Shown here one piece after another: positions 60,091-64,000 of a stretch of DNA of 64,000 nucleotides (position 1 is its first letter; each line of letters starts with the position of its first letter). The position numbers and the translations under genes were made by a program. Source of the stretch: Bacteroidota bacterium (GTDB lineage Bacteria; Bacteroidota; Bacteroidia; NS11-12g; UBA9320); contig NVWV01000008.1 in the NCBI GenBank assembly GCA_002746305.1, forward strand, positions 125,353 through 189,352. Direction: 5' to 3'. The notes under the pieces were generated by a model that had not been told where the DNA came from, did not search any database, and saw only the letters and a list, made by a program, of their open reading frames with translations.

Positions 60091-60819
60091 ATGAAAAACA
60101 CACTAAAATTATCTTTAATCGTGGCTGTATTGGTCATCTTTTCCGCTTGTGAAAGAAGTATTTGCATAAAAGGAAACGGAGAAAGAGATACCCGAAACAT
60201 AGATGTTGCGGACTTTACTGGAGTAGAACTTGACGGATCATTTGATGTAGTCATACTCCAAGGGAATCGTTTCAAAGTTGAAGCAATCGGGGATGAAAAC
60301 ATCCTTGAGAGTATCCATGCAAGAGAAGTTGGGGGAGTTTGCAAATTGGATTTGAATAGAGGTTGTTACAAAGACTATAAACTCACTATTGAGGTAACTA
60401 TGCCTGAACTTACTGACGTATTTTTGGATGGATCTGGAGACTTCACTATTGAAGATTTCAATAACATTAACACCCTAAATCTAGAAATAAGTGGAAGTGG
60501 AAGCATTGAACTCTATGACCTTTCAGGATTGCAAAACATAAACTCTAAAATAGATGGCAGTGGTGATATAAATTTCAAACGAATTATTGGAGGAATAGAT
60601 AATGTGAAGACTATCATAAATGGCTCTGGCGATTACAACGGATTTGGCCTCCAAGCAGATAATGTCATCACCCGTATTAGCGGAAGTGGTACTTCTGAAG
60701 TAAATGCGAGTACCACACTGAATGCAACTATAGAAGGTAGCGGAAACATCTTATACAAAGGCACTCCAACAATAAGCAAGAGTATCACGGGATCAGGAAG
60801 TTTGATAAATGCAAATTAG
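60091..60819 (+). CDS. DUF2807-like (GIN-domain) beta-helical lipoprotein
   Basis: Lipobox FSAC. Repeated xGSGxI units (LDGSGDFTI, ISGSGSIEL, IDGSGDINF, INGSGDYN, ISGSGTSEV, IEGSGNIL, ITGSGSLIN). Confidence 0.55.
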   Translation: MKNTLKLSLIVAVLVIFSACERSICIKGNGERDTRNIDVADFTGVELDGSFDVVILQGNRFKVEAIGDENILESIHAREVGGVCKLDLNRGCYKDYKLTIEVTMPELTDVFLDGSGDFTIEDFNNINTLNLEISGSGSIELYDLSGLQNINSKIDGSGDINFKRIIGGIDNVKTIINGSGDYNGFGLQADNVITRISGSGTSEVNASTTLNATIEGSGNILYKGTPTISKSITGSGSLINAN

Positions 60820-60838
60820 TTTCATGCATTTGTCAATC

Positions 60839-60866
60839 GGAGAAATTAGGTAAGAGTTTCTCCTTT
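60839..60866 (+). terminator. hairpin ggagaaa-N11-tttctcc followed by TTT
   Basis: Read directly, 20 nt downstream of the DUF2807 stop. Confidence 0.35.
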
Positions 60867-61210
60867 AACCCCACTATTTGAGAGCATTATAAAACCTGAA
60901 GACAGGTCACTGTTAAAGGTAAAAAAAGTAGAATGGGCCACTCACATGAGTATTTTGGAAGAGGTTTATAAATTGGATTTGTAATCGTAATCCTAAAGTA
61001 GAATTAATTCAATTGCTCACTTAGAATGAGTTAAGAATAATTCCTACATTCAATATAGATACAAGTTTTCATCACCTTTCAATCTCATTATTTGCATTCT
61101 TTTACAAATTCAATTCGCTAGTTGTCAGCCACTTAGTAATGATTAATAAATTAAATGTAACGTTTATCTCTGTTCTTATACTAATGAATCCGAACAATGA
61201 ACTTATTAAT

Positions 61211-61405
61211 ATGAAACTAAAATCAATCACCACTTTATTCCTCCTAGTTGTGGGACTTTTATCTCAGGCTCAATTACCTGATATGATAAAGGATAAAAGC
61301 AATTTCATTGCGGTAGATGCCGCTCATCTTGTTGGTGTTAATGGATTAATCCAACTTCTAAAAAACAAAGGATATACTATTACGCCAAAATACTCAGTCA
61401 AATAA
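61211..61405 (+). CDS. small secreted protein (about 64 aa)
   Basis: MKLKSITTLFLLVVGLLSQAQ signal peptide. Short and unverifiable. Confidence 0.25.
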   Translation: MKLKSITTLFLLVVGLLSQAQLPDMIKDKSNFIAVDAAHLVGVNGLIQLLKNKGYTITPKYSVK

Positions 61406-61426
61406 TAAATTTGATCCGACAACATT

Positions 61427-61912
61427 GTGGACCACACGGAATCTAATTTCTTAAATCTGATTAATGAGCATAGAGGCATACTGCATAAAATATGCAATAT
61501 GTACACAGACTCATTTGAAGATAAAGAAGACTTAAGACAGGAAATCACCCTTCAACTTTGGCGATCTTTCTCTTCCTTTAAAGGAAGCAGCAAATTCTCA
61601 ACATGGATGTATACTGTATCCCTTAATACGGCAATTCTTTTCCTTAAAAAAGATAAAAAAAGAATTCAAACTTCAGAAATCACTGTGAACACACCTGATG
61701 TTGCAACGACCCGTTTTGAAGATGATAAAATGGCGACCTTCTACCAAGCCGCTAAAAAATTAACCAAAATAGAAAGAGCTGTGGTATTCCTATACCTTGA
61801 AGGTCTGTCGCACAAAGAAATAGCACTAAATCTTGGACTTACAACGGTAAACGCCAGAGTACGTCTTTCAAGATCAAAAAATAAATTAAGAAAAATTATA
61901 GATAAAACATGA
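61427..61912 (+). CDS. ECF sigma-70 factor
   Basis: Region 2 (EDLRQEITLQLWRSFSSF...FSTWMYTVSLNTAI). Region 4 (LEGLSHKEIALNLGLTTVNARVRLSRSKNKLRKII). Confidence 0.7.
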   Translation: MDHTESNFLNLINEHRGILHKICNMYTDSFEDKEDLRQEITLQLWRSFSSFKGSSKFSTWMYTVSLNTAILFLKKDKKRIQTSEITVNTPDVATTRFEDDKMATFYQAAKKLTKIERAVVFLYLEGLSHKEIALNLGLTTVNARVRLSRSKNKLRKIIDKT

Positions 61913-62526
61913 ATTTAGAAGAAATAAAAGAAAATTGGGAAGAAGACAACCCAACGACCGCAGAGATAATATCGTTAAAGGATAAAAAAAGAGTAGCCTC
62001 TCCAATACAAAAAATCAGCACTAATTTAATCATGGAGATTATCGGGTATGCAATCTCTGGGATTCTTTTGGCCACTTATATGGTATTATCCGAAGAACGG
62101 GAACCTATATCCCAAACCTTATTCGTTATTTTATCCTTTATTGGATGTATAAACATAGCTCTATATCTTGTACGAGCAATCAAAGTATATCTGAGTATTA
62201 AGAAAATAAACCTAACAGACCCAAATAGTTTAAAGAAGTTTTGTTTCAACTTTAATGTTAGTTTAGAAATGTACAAGGCATACAATAACACCATGATGCC
62301 CGTTGCGATTTTCCTAGGAGCAAGTATTGGTTCTCACAACTTATTCGATCATTTTTATGCTGACTATATTAGCAATGGATTTACGCCTCAATTCCTACTG
62401 ATAATGTTAATCGTATTTCTAATTGTTCTTGCAGCAGCATATTTCCTCACTTGGTTAGCTGCACATTGGTTCTATGGTAAACACATTAAATCAATTGAAG
62501 AATTAACAAACGATTTATATTCGTAA
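61909..62526 (+). CDS. polytopic membrane protein, candidate anti-sigma partner
   Basis: ATGA overlap with the sigma gene. 4 TM. No ChrR/RskA/FecR motif. Confidence 0.35.
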   Translation: MNLEEIKENWEEDNPTTAEIISLKDKKRVASPIQKISTNLIMEIIGYAISGILLATYMVLSEEREPISQTLFVILSFIGCINIALYLVRAIKVYLSIKKINLTDPNSLKKFCFNFNVSLEMYKAYNNTMMPVAIFLGASIGSHNLFDHFYADYISNGFTPQFLLIMLIVFLIVLAAAYFLTWLAAHWFYGKHIKSIEELTNDLYS

Positions 62527-62548
62527 ATATAGGATAGACTAAAGTTCC

Positions 62549-63049
62549 ATGGCCAACAAATTCAGAATAGAGACTAAAAGGCTCATTCTTCGGGAAATAA
62601 CAGTACATGACGCTTCTGCCATGTATGAGTTAAATCTCGACCCACTTATTAAGCAGTACACTTTAGATGACCCGTATACATCCATAGAAGCTGCTGCCGA
62701 GTCGTGGGCTACCTACGATCATTACAAAAAACATGGCTATGGAAGATGGGCTGTTGTTTTGAAAGAAACAAATGAAATACTTGGCTGGTGCGGTTTAAAA
62801 AACAATGGTAATTTTATTGATATAGGATACCGATTGATTCCTCGGTTTAGAGGAAATGGATATACAACAGAAGCTGCCAAAGCCTGCATAGAGTATGGAT
62901 TTAAGACACTAAATATGCAGGAAATAATAGCTAGAACAATTAAGGACAATACAGCATCTATTAAAGTCATAAAAAAGCTTGGCATGCACTACTGGAAAGA
63001 GGAGACATGCAAAAACCATCCAGCCATATACTATAGAATTTCGAAATAG
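62549..63049 (+). CDS. GNAT family N-acetyltransferase (RimJ/RimL-like)
   Basis: RLILREIT...GWCGL...IGYRLIPRFRGNGYTTEAAKACIEYGF is the acetyl-CoA motif A region. Confidence 0.65.
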   Translation: MANKFRIETKRLILREITVHDASAMYELNLDPLIKQYTLDDPYTSIEAAAESWATYDHYKKHGYGRWAVVLKETNEILGWCGLKNNGNFIDIGYRLIPRFRGNGYTTEAAKACIEYGFKTLNMQEIIARTIKDNTASIKVIKKLGMHYWKEETCKNHPAIYYRISK

Positions 63050-63117
63050 TCTTCTTCTCTTTATCATTTTTGCGAAGTGATTTCATACCTTCGGACCACT
63101 TTAAATAACTATTAAAA

Positions 63118-64000
63118 TGAATAGCTGGATAGATATACCCCAAAACTCTGATTTTAGTATACATAATCTTCCATACGGAATCTTCTTGAGGGATGAAAAG
63201 CCTACTCCAGGAGTAGCAATTGGTGATTATATAATTGACCTTAACGCAGCTGCAAAGGTTGGAGTGTTTACGGATTTAGAATTTGACACTTCTGTATTTG
63301 AATCTGACTTTCTAAATGATTTTATAGATTGTGGTAAAGATGCATGGACGTCATTAAGACACTGCCTAATTAAAGAATTGACTGCTCAAGGTAATCTCTT
63401 TGAATTTAAGGAAAAGGTAATTGTAGACAGGTTGTCTGCGGATATGTGTATGCCTGTTCGAATTGGAGACTACACTGATTTTTACAGCAGTATTGAACAT
63501 GCCACAAATCTCGGAAAACTATTCAGGCCAGATAGTGAACCACTACTTCCAAACTGGAGACACATTCCTGTAGGATACCATGGCAGGGCTAGTAGTATTA
63601 TCATTAGTGGGACACCAATTAAGCGTCCTAGTGGTCAGAGTAAAGCACCTACGGCAGATACTCCCAGTTTTGGCAAAAGCAAACGACTTGACATTGAACT
63701 GGAAATGGCTTTTATAATAGGTAAATCAACCACTCTTGGTGATTCTATTAACATTAACAATGCCGAAGATCACATTTTCGGGAAGGTTATATTCAACGAT
63801 TGGAGTGCTCGAGATATTCAAGGCTGGGAATACGTACCATTGGGTCCCTTCCTTGGTAAAAGCTTTGCAAGCACCATTTCTCCTTGGATTGTTACGATGG
63901 AAGCTTTAGAACCGTTTAGATGTGAGAGTATACCACAAGAGCCTACCGTTCTTCCGTACTTACAATATGAAGGTCAAAAGAATTTTAATATCAACTTAGA
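63118..64000 (+). CDS. fumarylacetoacetase, 3'-truncated by window edge
   Basis: Not in the ORF track (runs off the window). Translation MNSWIDIPQNSDFSIHNLPYGIF...IGDYTDFYSSIEHATN...HIPVGYHGRAS...FGKVIFNDWSARDIQGWEYVPLGPF matches FAH N-terminal and catalytic regions. Confidence 0.8.

Noticed and set aside
1-64000. Looked for CRISPR arrays, tandem spacer-repeat structure, IS/transposase or integrase ORFs and tRNA/rRNA genes.
   Set aside because: No regularly spaced direct repeats. No ORF with DDE, serine or tyrosine recombinase motifs. No rRNA-like stretches.

Overview
This is an AT-rich chromosomal segment that reads as Bacteroidota. The supporting signs are type-A and type-B T9SS C-terminal sorting domains, several TAnnTTTG-type -7 promoter boxes, a SusC-like TonB-dependent receptor with an N-terminal carboxypeptidase-regulatory-like domain, and a DUF3098-ftsX-uppP arrangement. 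I found no rRNA, tRNA, CRISPR array, transposase or integrase. The gene layout runs as follows.
(1) nt 1-20.5 kb is an accessory-looking stretch: a WYL-domain regulator cut by the window edge, small membrane and secreted proteins, two HxlR regulators with palindromic operators, a mer-like metal operon (ArsR, MerT-MerP fusion, GDCC Cys-rich protein) next to an ECF sigma with a Cys-containing C-terminal extension, and a TetR plus ABC-2 exporter.
(2) 20.5-27.8 kb is housekeeping: folA, nadC, upp, a HAD nucleotidase, obg and adk.
(3) 27.8-43.5 kb is a tightly packed surface-glycan locus: Wzx flippase, SDR, D-2-hydroxyacid dehydrogenase, NeuA-family cytidylyltransferase, cyclase-family hydrolase, two GT2 enzymes, a CstII-like GT42 transferase, FkbM methyltransferase, two unknown proteins, a T9SS type-B cargo protein and a YfhO-like membrane protein.
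(4) 43.5-54.6 kb is housekeeping again: holB, recR, apaG, uppP, ftsX and leuS, with a PIG-L deacetylase, an ATP-grasp ligase, a PSP1 protein and a methyltransferase inserted between holB and recR.
(5) 54.8-62.5 kb holds two ECF sigma modules. The first is linked to DUF4097, an OM beta-barrel, a TonB-dependent receptor and DUF2807.
(6) A GNAT acetyltransferase and a 3'-truncated fumarylacetoacetase close the window.
The most system-like candidates are the nonulosonate-like glycan locus that lacks a synthase gene, the mer-like operon without merA beside a CorE-like sigma, and the PIG-L/ATP-grasp/methyltransferase cassette. All calls rest on reading motifs by eye; no database search was possible.
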